Shown one piece after another: positions 20,878 to 31,500 of a stretch of 64,000 nt of DNA. The notes under the pieces are model-generated. The model was given only the letters and a program-made list of their open reading frames with translations, was not told where the DNA came from and made no database searches. A program made the translations under genes and the position numbers. The DNA is from an uncultured delta proteobacterium (GTDB lineage: Bacteria > Desulfobacterota > Binatia > UBA9968), in assembly GCA_963840855.1 (NCBI GenBank), contig CAWJBB010000084.1, positions 13,020 to 77,019 of the forward strand. The letters run 5' to 3'. Positions within the stretch are counted from its first letter, which is position 1; every line of letters begins with the position of its first letter.

Positions 20878-21381
20878 CTATCCGCCATAAAAGACCTTGT
20901 CGCCTAGATCCCGCATCGCCAATATCGCGTCATCGGGCCTTCCCGATGGTTGCACGGCGACACCAGCGTCTTTCACCTCGCCGACAAAAATCGAGTGATC
21001 GCCCATTTCAACCGTATTGACGAGGGAACATTCAACAAATGCTGGGGCCGTTTCCAAAATCGGCGCGCCCAGAGAGCCCTTGCGAAATGCTTCCCCGCCG
21101 ATGCTGTTGCCCTCGCGCTCCAGCGATTTGAAGAACGTGAAAGCTTGCCCCTTTTGCTCCTTGCCAAGCATGTTTAACGCGAAGACTTTCGTTTCTTTAA
21201 TGATTGCATGGGCCCCCGAATCCGCCTTCACGCCAACGACCACGAGCGGCGGCTGAAACGCGGTCTGGGTCACCCAGTTGACCGTCGCGGCGGCCACTTT
21301 ACCGTCTTTGTTTTCGGCGGTAAGGACGTAAATCCCGTAGGGGATCATGCGCAATGCGGTTTTTTTAGCATCTACATCCAT
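20878..21381 (-). CDS. Flavin reductase (FlaRed/DIM6-NTAB) family protein
   Basis: ALRMIPYGIYVLT, WVTQTAFQPP, GAPIL, GDHSIFVGEV. Confidence 0.9.
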   Translation of the reverse strand: MDVDAKKTALRMIPYGIYVLTAENKDGKVAAATVNWVTQTAFQPPLVVVGVKADSGAHAIIKETKVFALNMLGKEQKGQAFTFFKSLEREGNSIGGEAFRKGSLGAPILETAPAFVECSLVNTVEMGDHSIFVGEVKDAGVAVQPSGRPDDAILAMRDLGDKVFYGG

Positions 21382-21486
21382 TTTTTAAACTTCCTTTCCG
21401 CTTGAGATTTTGTCTGCCGCACCATTTGTCCTTTTGACTCGCGATTCTATGGGAGCCAAGTCGATTCCGCAAGCCTCGATCTCCTC

Positions 21487-21585
21487 GGTTCAATTTTCAA
21501 AGTTCAAGGTACGCATTTCGGTCCTTTGTTGAAGTGTTGGCATTGGTTCCCCTAACTTTGAACCTTGAACCTTGAACTTTGAACC
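21487..21585. repeat. Heptamer arrays GTTCAAN x3 ... TTGAACY x4 (inverted pair)
   Basis: gttcaat tttcaaa gttcaag ... ttgaacc ttgaacc ttgaact ttgaacc. Confidence 0.85.
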
Positions 21586-21591
21586 AATAGG

Positions 21592-22146
21592 CTAGGGCAA
21601 GCGAAAAACTACGGCGGCGAAAACATTACCATTGACCTCAAAATCACCGGCTTCAATCATGCCAAGTCCAGCGACGTGCGCGTGCAGAGAGTGAACATTG
21701 TCGCGCGAAACGAGGCCGACGCCGATTTCAAATTGTCCCGCCATTTCTCGCCTTTGCGCCTCATAAAGTCCCCGTAGCAGTCCCCTTCGGCGAAAGGCAC
21801 GATCGATACAAACCGGGCCGTAGACGTACGAACGATAGCTGCTGAGTGATTTGCCCTCAAACCCCATGCGCTGGTAGGACGCGATCATCCTGGCCACCAC
21901 GGGAGAACCATGATCGAATTCATTGCGAAAGGCGCAGAGAAATCCCGCAACCCTGGCATCGACGACGGCAACCATGATGCCCAGGTCACCGGCCATCGCC
22001 GCGACCTGCTTCTCACTGAAAACCGCTGAGAGAAATCCGTCCTCGCGCTCTGCTGCGGTAAGATTGGCCATGAAATTAGCCTCGTTCAGGCGCAGGATCT
22101 CCGGATAATCCGTGGAGATAGCGCGCCGGTATTGCACCGTCGACAT
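21592..22146 (-). CDS. GNAT-family acetyltransferase-like protein
   Basis: YGPVCIDRAFRRRGLLRGLY acetyl-CoA-binding motif; NVHSLHAH. Confidence 0.8.
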   Translation of the reverse strand: MSTVQYRRAISTDYPEILRLNEANFMANLTAAEREDGFLSAVFSEKQVAAMAGDLGIMVAVVDARVAGFLCAFRNEFDHGSPVVARMIASYQRMGFEGKSLSSYRSYVYGPVCIDRAFRRRGLLRGLYEAQRREMAGQFEIGVGLVSRDNVHSLHAHVAGLGMIEAGDFEVNGNVFAAVVFRLP

Positions 22147-22158
22147 GAAGCCAACTTT

Positions 22159-22674
22159 TTACGAGACAGGGGGCTGCGGCCAAGCGCTCCTGCCGTTGCC
22201 TTTTAACCAACCCGCGGCGAAACCGCCCAGGGCGCCGGCAGGAATCACCGCCACGATGGAGACGAAGTTAAACCATTCCGGTAACGGCATCGACCGTTCT
22301 TGCATAGCCTGCTGGATTAATGACACGATCAGCGATCCCAGTCCAACGAAAGCACCGTGCTTCATCTCCAGTGTTCCTGCCCTGCGCGCGGCGATAAACC
22401 CGCCCAGTGCGGTGCAAAGGCTGCCAATAGCCAGTGCCACCGTAAGACCTTCAGGGGTTAACATGTATTTGGCAATGGCATCGTCAGTCATCTCGCCTTG
22501 TTCCGATAATTTCTTGGCTAAATAGCCGAAAATAAACGCCGCCATCGCGAGGTGGGTTGCGATGTAATCGACCACTATGCCGACGATTACCGGCCAAATC
22601 TGGACGCCAGTAAAAAATCCGGAGGGCTGGACGGGTGGAGGCACTGTCTCGGTTTGTCTTGGATTGTACTGCAT
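22159..22674 (-). CDS. Hypothetical membrane protein (about 4 TM helices)
   Basis: Hydrophobic segments with LGGFIAARRAG and GALGG motifs. Confidence 0.7.
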   Translation of the reverse strand: MQYNPRQTETVPPPVQPSGFFTGVQIWPVIVGIVVDYIATHLAMAAFIFGYLAKKLSEQGEMTDDAIAKYMLTPEGLTVALAIGSLCTALGGFIAARRAGTLEMKHGAFVGLGSLIVSLIQQAMQERSMPLPEWFNFVSIVAVIPAGALGGFAAGWLKGNGRSAWPQPPVS

Positions 22675-22830
22675 GGCGCAACGTCTAATACCGCGACCTA
22701 AAGCTGATTTGCAATTAACCGATTATCATATTCACAAGCGGCCATGTTCTCATCGCATAAAATACTCAAACCCGATGTCCCGCCCAAGCGGCGCAGGACT
22801 GCCCCAGGTTTTCTTGGCCGATTGTTTCGG

Positions 22831-23244
22831 CTACTGCCTTTTTCTCCACCGCGGCACCTTCGTCCGATTGGGAATACCATCACCGAGGAGCGTCCGGCCC
22901 CCGAGCGGAAAGTTCTTCGGCGGAATGGCGCCTAAAATCATATACACCACGTCATTCTTCGAATCATTCCCGATGGCCCTATAAACCGTGGGGCCGACCC
23001 GGACAATCGTGCCTTCCGGCATCGCGATACGCTTGCCGTCGAGGATGAGCGTGCCGTTTCCCTGTACCGTCAGAAAAACTTCTTCCTGCACCTTGTGGCG
23101 GTGCACGTAGGTCGCCCCCTGGCCCGGTTTGTAGCGCACGAAACTGAACCCCACGCCCTTGCACCCCAGCGGGCGCGACAAAAACTCCTTTTCCTTCACT
23201 TTGCTCAGCGGCATGAATGTCTTTGCGTATCTGGCGGATGCCAT
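22831..23244 (-). CDS. Cupin-domain protein
   Basis: Start re-called at MASARY after GGGGAG; HRHKVQEEVFLTVQG cupin motif. Confidence 0.8.
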   Translation of the reverse strand: MASARYAKTFMPLSKVKEKEFLSRPLGCKGVGFSFVRYKPGQGATYVHRHKVQEEVFLTVQGNGTLILDGKRIAMPEGTIVRVGPTVYRAIGNDSKNDVVYMILGAIPPKNFPLGGRTLLGDGIPNRTKVPRWRKRQ

Positions 23245-23416
23245 AGTCTCCCCCTGATATAGTATTTCGTTTACCCGGCGATTGCAGTCGGCAAACGGCC
23301 CTGAAGACATTGCTCGAGGGAGCGGACCTGCCATCCGGTTGACCTTTACGCCGTTGCTAGAGAAAATAACCGCGCATGAGGGAAAAACGCAACCCTTGAA
23401 GCAATGATTTGATGCC

Positions 23417-23875
23417 ATGTTTCACCGTTTCCGATATGAGGCTGAGTTCTATCCGGAGCTGAACCGGTTGCCGCTCCACGTGCGCATGAAGTTCGACCTC
23501 ATTGGCATCAAGCTTTCTTTAAAGCAATGGTTGGCCTTTAGCTTTGAGGAGCGTAAAGTGATTTGCCATCTGCCGGTTGAGAGCGAAGAAGAGCTTGAAG
23601 CCTTCGTGGTATATATGAATTTTCTTTGTCGAAGGTACAACGGCAGCGCGGCGCAAACGTTCCCGCCCGTAACGCCGGCGCTATGGGATACCCCAGGCGA
23701 CATTCCGGAACCGGTGGTGGAAAACAGTCGAGACAGCGGGCAAGCGATAACCCTCGAAGAATGGACGCACTGGCAATTTCACCAGCGCTACGCGCTGTAC
23801 AAAACCGCGGTCTCGAAAAACGAACCGGAAAAGTTTCTTGCCGTGCTAGCAGAGCTCCGGCAAAGGGAAAGATAG
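23417..23875 (+). CDS. Nitrate-reductase-associated protein family (NarM/Nitr_red_assoc-like)
   Basis: F.YEAEF, LPLHVRMKFDLIGIKLSLKQW, W...QRYALYK pattern. Confidence 0.75.
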   Translation: MFHRFRYEAEFYPELNRLPLHVRMKFDLIGIKLSLKQWLAFSFEERKVICHLPVESEEELEAFVVYMNFLCRRYNGSAAQTFPPVTPALWDTPGDIPEPVVENSRDSGQAITLEEWTHWQFHQRYALYKTAVSKNEPEKFLAVLAELRQRER

Positions 23876-23884
23876 CTGACGTCT

Positions 23885-25859
23885 ATGGTCAAATCCACCG
23901 ATACATGGGTCACGCGACTGGTTCCCCTGGGCTTGATCGGCCAGACCAAGCCCCGTCACTACCGCGAGCTGTTCGAGGTGTTATGGGAAAACAAAAGCGA
24001 CTTGTCCTACGCATGGAATATTCTCAATCACGGTGTATGCGATGGCTGCTCGCTGGGCCCCCACGGTTTGCGCGACAACGCGCTCGACGGCGTGCACCTG
24101 TGCACGACGCGGTTAAAGCTTCTCAGGCTCAACACCCTGAGAGCCCTCGACATATCAGCGCTGGGCGATGTGCAACGCTTGAGGAATTTCGATCAGGAAA
24201 AATTGCGCTCCCTCGGAAGACTTCCGTATCCCATGCTGCGACGCAAAAACCACAAGGGCTTTGTCCGTATCAGCTGGGACGAAGCTTTTGACGCAATCGC
24301 CAAGTCAATCCGCGGCATGGCGCCCAGCGAAATGGGCTTTTTTGCCACCTGCCGCGGCCTCACCAACGAAGTTTATTACGTGTTTCAGAAACTGGCCCGC
24401 ACCCTGGGTACCAATAATGTCGATCTCTGTTCGCGCCTGTGTCATGCCGCCAGCGTCTCCGGTCTTAAGAATACGTTAGGCTTCGGCGCGGCCACTTGTT
24501 CTCTCTCTGATTTTATTGGCACCGATCTGCTTGTGCTTTTCGGCACCGACCTGGCCAACAACCAACCAGTAACGACGCAGTATATGCATTTCGCGAAGAA
24601 GGCGGGCAGCAAAATCATCGTCGTCAGCCCGACGCGCGAGGACAGCCCGGAGCGCTATGGGGTGCCATCGATGATGTTGAGCGCGCTGTTCGACACCAAG
24701 TCAATGGATGATTTCTTCCAGGCGCGCGTGGGCGGCGACATCGCGTTCGTGAACGGCGTGCTCAAAGCCCTGATCGCCGCAAACCAGTTAGATGGGGATT
24801 TTATCGCCAAGCACACCAGCGGATTGCCGAAACTTAAAGAAGCACTTGAACAGCAATCTTGGAAAATATTGGAACAGCGCTCCGGCCTCTCGCGCGCCGA
24901 GATGGAACGCTTCGCGCGCCTTTACGGCGGCGCAAAAACCGCTGTGTTTGTTTACGGCATGGGCTTCACGCAGCACGAGTTCGGCGTTGAGAACGTCGAG
25001 GCCATCGTCAATCTCGCGCTGGCCCGCGGCATGGTCGGCCACGAGAAGTGCGGCATTATGCCGATCCGCGGCGACAGCGGCGTCCAGGGCGGCGGCGAAT
25101 GCGGCTCGGAACCGGACGTATTTCCCGGCGGCTTTAGCGTCAACGAGGAAAACGCTCGTCGTTTTTCCAACCTTTGGCGCCACCCGGTATCGTCGGCCCT
25201 CGGCCTTACGGCTCCGCACATGATCGAAGCCGCCCATCGCGGCGAAATCAAGTTCCTCTATTCCATCGGCGCCAACCTGTTCGAAACGATGCCTGACCAC
25301 AATTTCGTTGCCGAATCAATTGCCGGGGTGCCTTTACGCGTGCACCAGGATATCGTTTTGAATGCCTCCATGCTCCTCGATGCCGAAGAGGTCGTGCTGC
25401 TGCTTCCTGCCCAGACGCGTTACGAACAACGTGGCGGCGGGACCTCGACCAGCACCGAGCGGCGGATTCGATTCACACCCGAAATACGCGGCCATGGGAT
25501 CGCCGAAGCGCGGCCCGAGTGGGAAATCCCGGCGCTCATTGGACGCAAGACACTGTCCAATGGTGAGCTGCTGTTCCCCTTCGATGACACGCAGAGCATT
25601 CGCGAGGAAATGGCCCGGGTCATGCCGATGTATCAAGGTATCGATAAACTCGCCAGGGAAGGCGACCAGCTTCAGTGGGGCGGACCCTACCTTTACAAAG
25701 GCGGGTTTACCAACATGCCAAACCAAAGGGCGCGTTTCACGGTCCTCGAACCGCCGGACCGGGACACAGCACCTGGAGATTTTGCCTCACAATGCGGACT
25801 CGATTTCCGGCGAGGCGGATTATAATGCGGAGGTTTCCATACAACGGATTATCGCCTAG
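23885..25859 (+). pseudogene. FdhF/YdeP-family molybdopterin oxidoreductase with a damaged C-terminal domain
   Basis: GVCDGCSLG, HLCTTRL, GTNNVDLCSRLCH, TSTERRIRF. The ORF ends at 25825 without the dinucleotide-binding domain; remnants occur in other frames up to 25859. Confidence 0.75.
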
Positions 25860-25868
25860 GGGTCCCTA

Positions 25869-26582
25869 ATGATTTTCCATTCACTTAGGATTCTTGCCTT
25901 CGACGTCTTCGGCACGGTTGTCGATTGGCGATCCAGTGTCATTGCCGAAGGCGAACAACTAGGTAAATCGAAACGCCTTACTGTCGACTGGGCGGCGTTC
26001 GCCGACGCCTGGCGGAGCGTCTATCGTCCAACCCTCGATCGCGTCCTGTCGGGCGATTTACCATGGACCAAGCTGGATGATCTTCATCGCATGTCACTGG
26101 AGGAGATGCTCAAGCGCTTCAAGATTGAAGGTTTAGGCGAGGAAGAAATAACCCACTTTAATCATGTCTGGCACCGGCTCACGCCCTGGCCCGATTCGGT
26201 CCCAGGATTGAACCGCTTAAAGTCGCGCTTCACGATCGCTACTTTGTCCAACGGAAACGTTTCACTGCTCACCAACATGGCAAAAAACGCCGGTCTACCG
26301 TGGGACTGCATCCTGTCGGCTGAAAACGTCCGGCGCTATAAGCCTGACCCTGCCGTTTATCGCCTGGTGCCTGAGCTGTTCGATCTCAAGCCTGAGCAGG
26401 TCATGATGGTCGCGGCCCATGAGCATGATCTGCAAGCCGCGCAAAAGCACGGTCTGCGCGCGGCCTTTGTGCACCGGCCATTGGAGCATGGCTCCGGAAA
26501 AGAATCGGCTATACCACCGGCGGGACGATATGACATCGTCGCAACGGATTTCCTCGACCTCGCGAGCAAACTCGGAGTTTGA
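25869..26582 (+). CDS. Haloacid dehalogenase type II (HAD superfamily)
   Basis: FDVFGTVVDWR, TLSNGN, YKPDP, MVAAHEHDL. Confidence 0.92.
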   Translation: MIFHSLRILAFDVFGTVVDWRSSVIAEGEQLGKSKRLTVDWAAFADAWRSVYRPTLDRVLSGDLPWTKLDDLHRMSLEEMLKRFKIEGLGEEEITHFNHVWHRLTPWPDSVPGLNRLKSRFTIATLSNGNVSLLTNMAKNAGLPWDCILSAENVRRYKPDPAVYRLVPELFDLKPEQVMMVAAHEHDLQAAQKHGLRAAFVHRPLEHGSGKESAIPPAGRYDIVATDFLDLASKLGV

Positions 26583-26634
26583 ATTTTTGGCGGCAAACCG
26601 CCGCCCTTGCTACTTACTCTTCGTCGATGCCGCC

Positions 26635-28413
26635 TTACCGCATCTGGCACACAACATCCACCAGTGCCGGCTTGCCTTCCTTCACGACTTTCACCGCTTC
26701 GCGCAGCGTCTTGATCAGATCCTTCGGCTCGGTGATGGGTCCCGCGCCCCAGCAGCCGTAGGTCCGCGCCATGGCGCCGAAGTCGACGTTGGGATCTTCG
26801 ATGCGGATGCCGATGGTTTTGTTCTCCACCGGGCGGTTACGCACGATGGCGAGCCGCTCCTGGTGCTCTTCGTCGTTGAAATAGGAACGGTTGCTGCAAA
26901 CCACGACCAAGAGTGGAATTTGATGATGCGCCGCCGTCCACAGCCCACTGACGGTAAAAAGCAGATCCCCGTCGGGCTGAATATCGACGCAGAATTTGCC
27001 GGTGCCTTTGTGCGCCAGCGCCGCGCCCAACGAAGCCGGCAGGCCATAGCCCAATCCCCCGCCCTTGTACTTGCCAAGTATCTGATTGAACTTGGCGGCC
27101 GGTAAACAGAGATTTTCCTTACTCTGAGAACTGCCGTTGGTAAGCACCCAGTCTTCGCCTTTGAGCGCCCCGGCGAGCTCGGCGTAGATCCGCGTCATCG
27201 ATACCGGCTTCTCGTCCCATTTGGTTTTGGTTTCTTTTTCCAGGCCGGCTCTTTTATCTTCGTAGATTTTTCCCCAATCGGCGCGCCGTCTGTCAATATC
27301 GTCCTTCAAGTCATGCAGTTTCTTTTCGGCCTTCAAACGCCGCACCAGCTCGGGCAAAAACACGGACGTATCGGCAAGAATCATGAGATCGGCTTCGCGC
27401 AGCTTGTTGAAATCCGTCGCCCAGGCGCGCACGAGAAGATCGTCCAGGGCGACGTTGATGATCTTCGCGTTCGCCGGAATAAGCGAAGTCGCCTTTCTGT
27501 TCCCTCTCTCTTGCGCCCTCCGGGTGGTCGCGCCTTCGAGATCCGGCACGTCCAGTGCCAGGATGAGATCTGCTTGCGGAATGACCTTGTCCGTTTGTCC
27601 GGTCAGATTAAGAGGATTATGGACCGTAAAGTTAAATCGCCCGAACTGGTCGAGCACAGGCGCGGCGAGAAGCTCCGCGATCTGGCCCAGGGCGTTGAAA
27701 CCGGCTTCCTTTCCTCCCACCTGATCGGCGATAATCACCGGCTTCTTCGCTTCGATCAGCCAGCGCATCGTTTTCTCAAAGCCCTCCTCGGGGGCTTGCA
27801 GGGGTAACGGCGCCGGGTAACGATCCAGGGATGGAAACGAAACCTCACCGTCCAATTTTTTTTCCTGCACATCCCCGTCGTAACAAATATACACCGGTCC
27901 CATCGGCGCGGTGGTGGCGAGCCGGTAGCCGCGGATGAACGATTCCGGCACCGCTTCGACGCTTGCGGGTTGATCATCCCACTTCACGAAATCGCGCACG
28001 AGGTTGCCCTGCACCAGCGCTGTGTGCACCCAGTCGATCCAGGGACGGCGGTTGGCCGTATCCATCGGGCCGGTGCCGCCGAGAACGATCACGGGCAAAC
28101 GGTCCGCCCAGGCATTGTAGATCGCCATCGACGCATGCTGCAGGCCGACGATGTCGTGCACGGCGGCCGCCATCGGTTTACCCTTGGCGCGCGCGTAGCC
28201 ATGCGCCAGGGCGACGCAAATTTCTTCGTGATTGCAAAGAATCATCTCCGGCGTATGGTTGCCGCCATAGTTCACCAGCGAGTCGTGCAAGCCGCGAAAG
28301 GTCGCTCCGGGATTTACCGCGATGTATTCGAACTCGAACGCCTTTAGCAGATCGACTACCACGTCGGATCCCCACTCGGCGCGGGGCTTTTCCAATTTTT
28401 GCGCTTTGGCCAT
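26635..28413 (-). CDS. Thiamine-pyrophosphate-dependent enzyme (benzoylformate decarboxylase/ALS-like)
   Basis: NPGATFRGLHDSL, CNHEE, GGGLGYGLPASLGAALA, PDGD...SNRSY. Confidence 0.88.
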   Translation of the reverse strand: MAKAQKLEKPRAEWGSDVVVDLLKAFEFEYIAVNPGATFRGLHDSLVNYGGNHTPEMILCNHEEICVALAHGYARAKGKPMAAAVHDIVGLQHASMAIYNAWADRLPVIVLGGTGPMDTANRRPWIDWVHTALVQGNLVRDFVKWDDQPASVEAVPESFIRGYRLATTAPMGPVYICYDGDVQEKKLDGEVSFPSLDRYPAPLPLQAPEEGFEKTMRWLIEAKKPVIIADQVGGKEAGFNALGQIAELLAAPVLDQFGRFNFTVHNPLNLTGQTDKVIPQADLILALDVPDLEGATTRRAQERGNRKATSLIPANAKIINVALDDLLVRAWATDFNKLREADLMILADTSVFLPELVRRLKAEKKLHDLKDDIDRRRADWGKIYEDKRAGLEKETKTKWDEKPVSMTRIYAELAGALKGEDWVLTNGSSQSKENLCLPAAKFNQILGKYKGGGLGYGLPASLGAALAHKGTGKFCVDIQPDGDLLFTVSGLWTAAHHQIPLLVVVCSNRSYFNDEEHQERLAIVRNRPVENKTIGIRIEDPNVDFGAMARTYGCWGAGPITEPKDLIKTLREAVKVVKEGKPALVDVVCQMR

Positions 28414-28549
28414 GAACGATTCCTTTCTACGTGTAGTGCGTCGCTCTTTTGCGGCAAAAATAGTTTAACGATTCGCCGAGTGCAATCGTGCCTGTGAACC
28501 GTGGTCGTGCTAGTTGACGAACACGAATCGCGAACACGAGCACGGCGTA

Positions 28550-29167
28550 TTAGCGCTTGGGAATCTCCATCCCCCGCTTAACCGCCGGCCGCTCTGAAAT
28601 CGTATCGTACCAACGTTTCACGTTCGGATACTCTTCCAATTTTACTTGATGTATTTCGTGGCGCCACACCCAGGGATAGGTGGCGATGTCGGCAATCGAA
28701 TATGCACCGGCAAGATACTCCTTGCGGGCGAGTTCCTGGTCGAGAACGTTGTACAAGCGCCGCGCTTCTTTGTGAAAGCGCTCGATGGCGTAGGGGACTT
28801 TTTCCTTCAGTCGATAAAAATAATTCGCCTGGCCGAACATCGGCCCAACGCCGCCCATCTGAAACATGAGCCATTGAATCACCGTGTAGCGCTGGCGCAT
28901 GTCCGAGGGCCAGAGTTTGCCGGACTTTTCCGCGAGGTACAGCAAAATGGCGCCAGATTCGAATAAAGTAAAAGGTTTATCGCCCGGTCCGTCGGGGTCG
29001 ATGATGGCGGGAATTTTGTTGTTCGGATTGATGGCGAGATACTCCGGCTTGAACTGATCCCCCTGACCGAGATTGACCGCATGGACTTCGTAGGGCATCC
29101 CAAGTTCTTCCAACATGATGGAAACTTTTTTTCCGTTAGGTGTGACCCAGGTGTAGAGTTGAATCAT
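28550..29167 (-). CDS. Glutathione S-transferase, YfcG/Nu-class-like
   Basis: TPNGKKV, INPNNKIPAI, FESGAIL, QMGGVGPMFGQ. Confidence 0.92.
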   Translation of the reverse strand: MIQLYTWVTPNGKKVSIMLEELGMPYEVHAVNLGQGDQFKPEYLAINPNNKIPAIIDPDGPGDKPFTLFESGAILLYLAEKSGKLWPSDMRQRYTVIQWLMFQMGGVGPMFGQANYFYRLKEKVPYAIERFHKEARRLYNVLDQELARKEYLAGAYSIADIATYPWVWRHEIHQVKLEEYPNVKRWYDTISERPAVKRGMEIPKR

Positions 29168-29170
29168 TGC

Positions 29171-30421
29171 TCATTTCCTTTCCGCGCAATTTTGCGCCAT
29201 AACGACGCGGCTGCTGGCCAGCACGATAAACACGGAACCGATCAAACATGCAAGCGAGACCCCAAAAGCACTGCATAGCTGTCAGTGACATCGAACAGGA
29301 ACCCGCCGAGCCACGCGCCGACGGTGCCTCCGAGGCCGATGCTGAAGGTAAAAAAGCCGAAGATCGCGCCGGAGTGCTTGCCGTGGAATATGTCCGCTGA
29401 GATCGCCGATAATACCAACGCTCGCGAGCCCTGCCGCAGACCATAGCAAACGGCGTAGATACCATACCCTGCTGTCATCGCGCATGGCTAGCAGGGCTAG
29501 CGTGCCGATCGCCGAGATGATCTGCACCAAGGTGAAAACCATCTCCCGCCGCATTACGTCGGCCAGATAGCCAAACAGGATCCGCCCGCCGATGCTAATG
29601 ACTCCCATGAGACCGAAGATCGCCGCGGCGAATACCTTGGCGTACCCCACGTCGACAGCATGGGCGATCTGGTGAGTTACGATGATCTGGTTGCCCAGGC
29701 TCGCCAGCGTGCGCGCGGTGAAGAGCAGCCAGAATGCCGAATTGGTGAGCGCGCCTTTTACCGTCCAATCCGTGGGTTGATGCTCGCTGAATTGCATTTT
29801 AGCATCGGCGGTTTTGCTCCCGGCGGGATTTTCGCCGCTTGGCAAAAAGATCTGCACCGGTGGAATCACCAGCAATAGAGTAATCGCCGCCAAGCCGATA
29901 TAGGCCATCGGCCAGCTCCAGTTGTCGATCATCAACTGGGTCACCGGCACCAGGAGAACGATCCCAACACCGCCCCCGGCCCAGGCGATGCCGAGAGCCG
30001 TGGCGCGCCGTTGCAGAAACTCGCGGGTCAGAATGGCGACATGAGGCACCATGCCGATCAGCGCGATGCCAACGGCGCACACGATCCCCACCCAAAAATA
30101 AAACTGCCAAATGGCGGAGATCGTCGAGCAGAAAGCGAGTCCGACGGCAAGTACCAGCCCGCCGAGCATAAGCGTTTTGCGTCCGCCGATGCGGTCGATC
30201 AAGCCACCCGCCCACGGCAGACAGGCACCCTCAAAAATGATTGCCAAGGAAATCGCCCCAGCGGTCGCCGCCCGTGACCAACCAAAGGTATCCAGCATGG
30301 CGACAAAAAACACGCCGAAGGTGCCATGCAGTCCGTGCCCCACGGCAATATGGAAAAACGCCAGGGCTACCAGGCCATAGCGTCCAAGGCTTGCTGATTT
30401 GTCGCTGTTTTCTTCCGGCAT
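29171..30421 (-). pseudogene. MFS transporter (OFA/MCT-like) with two frameshifts near 29468 and 29270
   Basis: GWSRAATAGA, GRILFGYLAD. The C-terminus continues as ...ADIFHGKHSGAIFG... and then AFGVSLACLIGSVFIVLA...ERK* in shifted frames. Confidence 0.78.
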
Positions 30422-30661
30422 GAGTCGTGAAGTGGAACTCCAGCCATACATTGCGCTGCGGCGAAAGTCTATTGCGGAAACCGCGCAGGTGCTCGTAATT
30501 AGACGATCACGGTCCACGTTGTCCCGCCGAGACGTCAAGACTTCTCCAAAGAATTCGCCGATCGGAAGTCTGCACTCTAATTTTGTCGCTTCACGCGCTT
30601 GACACCCGAAGGGTTCTCGTACCATCATCGGCGCATCTTAAAGAACTCGGAGGTAAACGCT

Positions 30662-31357
30662 ATGAGAAGCGCATTCAAACATGTCGCACTTTATACCAAG
30701 GACCCGGACCGGTTGCTGGACTTTTATCAGAAAAACCTCGGCTTCAGCCTGATTCGGCGATCGCCGTCGGGGTCGCTGTACACTTCGGACGGTGTCATTA
30801 TGTGCGCCATGCTGAAACACCGCGAAAATACCGAGGCGCGATGGATCGGCTACGATCACTTCGGTTTCCACGTGGGTAATATGAACGAAGCCAAACAGCG
30901 CATTACCGCGGCGCTGCCTAATTGCCAATGGGGGCAACGCCCACAAGATGGCCGCTATGCGGAATATCGTTTTCTCGACATGGACGGCCATCCAGTGGAC
31001 GTATCGGAAGAAGGCTTTCGCACCAGCGACGATCTTACTCCCCCGACAGTGCGCCACGTTGCCATCGAGGCCTCCGATCCAGCGAGAACCGGGACCTTTT
31101 ACAAGACGGCTTTCGAGTTAAAAGAGTTACAACGCTCCGACAGTGAAGTGGTGCTTTCCGACGGCACCGTCAGCGTATCTTTCGTCAAACAACAGGGCGG
31201 CGGCTCATGTAAAGTCCTGGGCGTCGGATTCGAAGTGAAGGACCCGGAAAAGACCGCTGCCGGATTTCCATCTAAGAAAAGTCTGGGGGGTGGAAGATTC
31301 GAGGTCCAAGACGTCGATGGCAACACGGTGGAGTTGGCGTCGTCGTGGCTAGTATAA
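30662..31357 (+). CDS. Two-domain VOC/glyoxalase family protein
   Basis: FKHVAL, GYDHFGF, DMDGHPVDV, VRHVAI, DVDGNTVEL; RBS GGAGG. Confidence 0.82.
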   Translation: MRSAFKHVALYTKDPDRLLDFYQKNLGFSLIRRSPSGSLYTSDGVIMCAMLKHRENTEARWIGYDHFGFHVGNMNEAKQRITAALPNCQWGQRPQDGRYAEYRFLDMDGHPVDVSEEGFRTSDDLTPPTVRHVAIEASDPARTGTFYKTAFELKELQRSDSEVVLSDGTVSVSFVKQQGGGSCKVLGVGFEVKDPEKTAAGFPSKKSLGGGRFEVQDVDGNTVELASSWLV

Positions 31358-31373
31358 GGATCTGCCTCAGTAA

Positions 31374-31412
31374 GAGTTCAATTCGTTCAAGCCGTTCGAA
31401 TCGTTCAAAACG
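31374..31412. repeat. 9-mer tandem repeat (YCGTTCAA-like)
   Basis: gagttcaat tcgttcaag ccgttcgaa tcgttcaaa acg. Confidence 0.75.
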
Positions 31413-31500
31413 TTGTGCGCTGCGCTTGCCGTTCCAGGGCACCTCCCTCGGTAGCTAGATGACGCCTTACTTTTGGAATTCTTAGTAATCAGGTTGTCCC

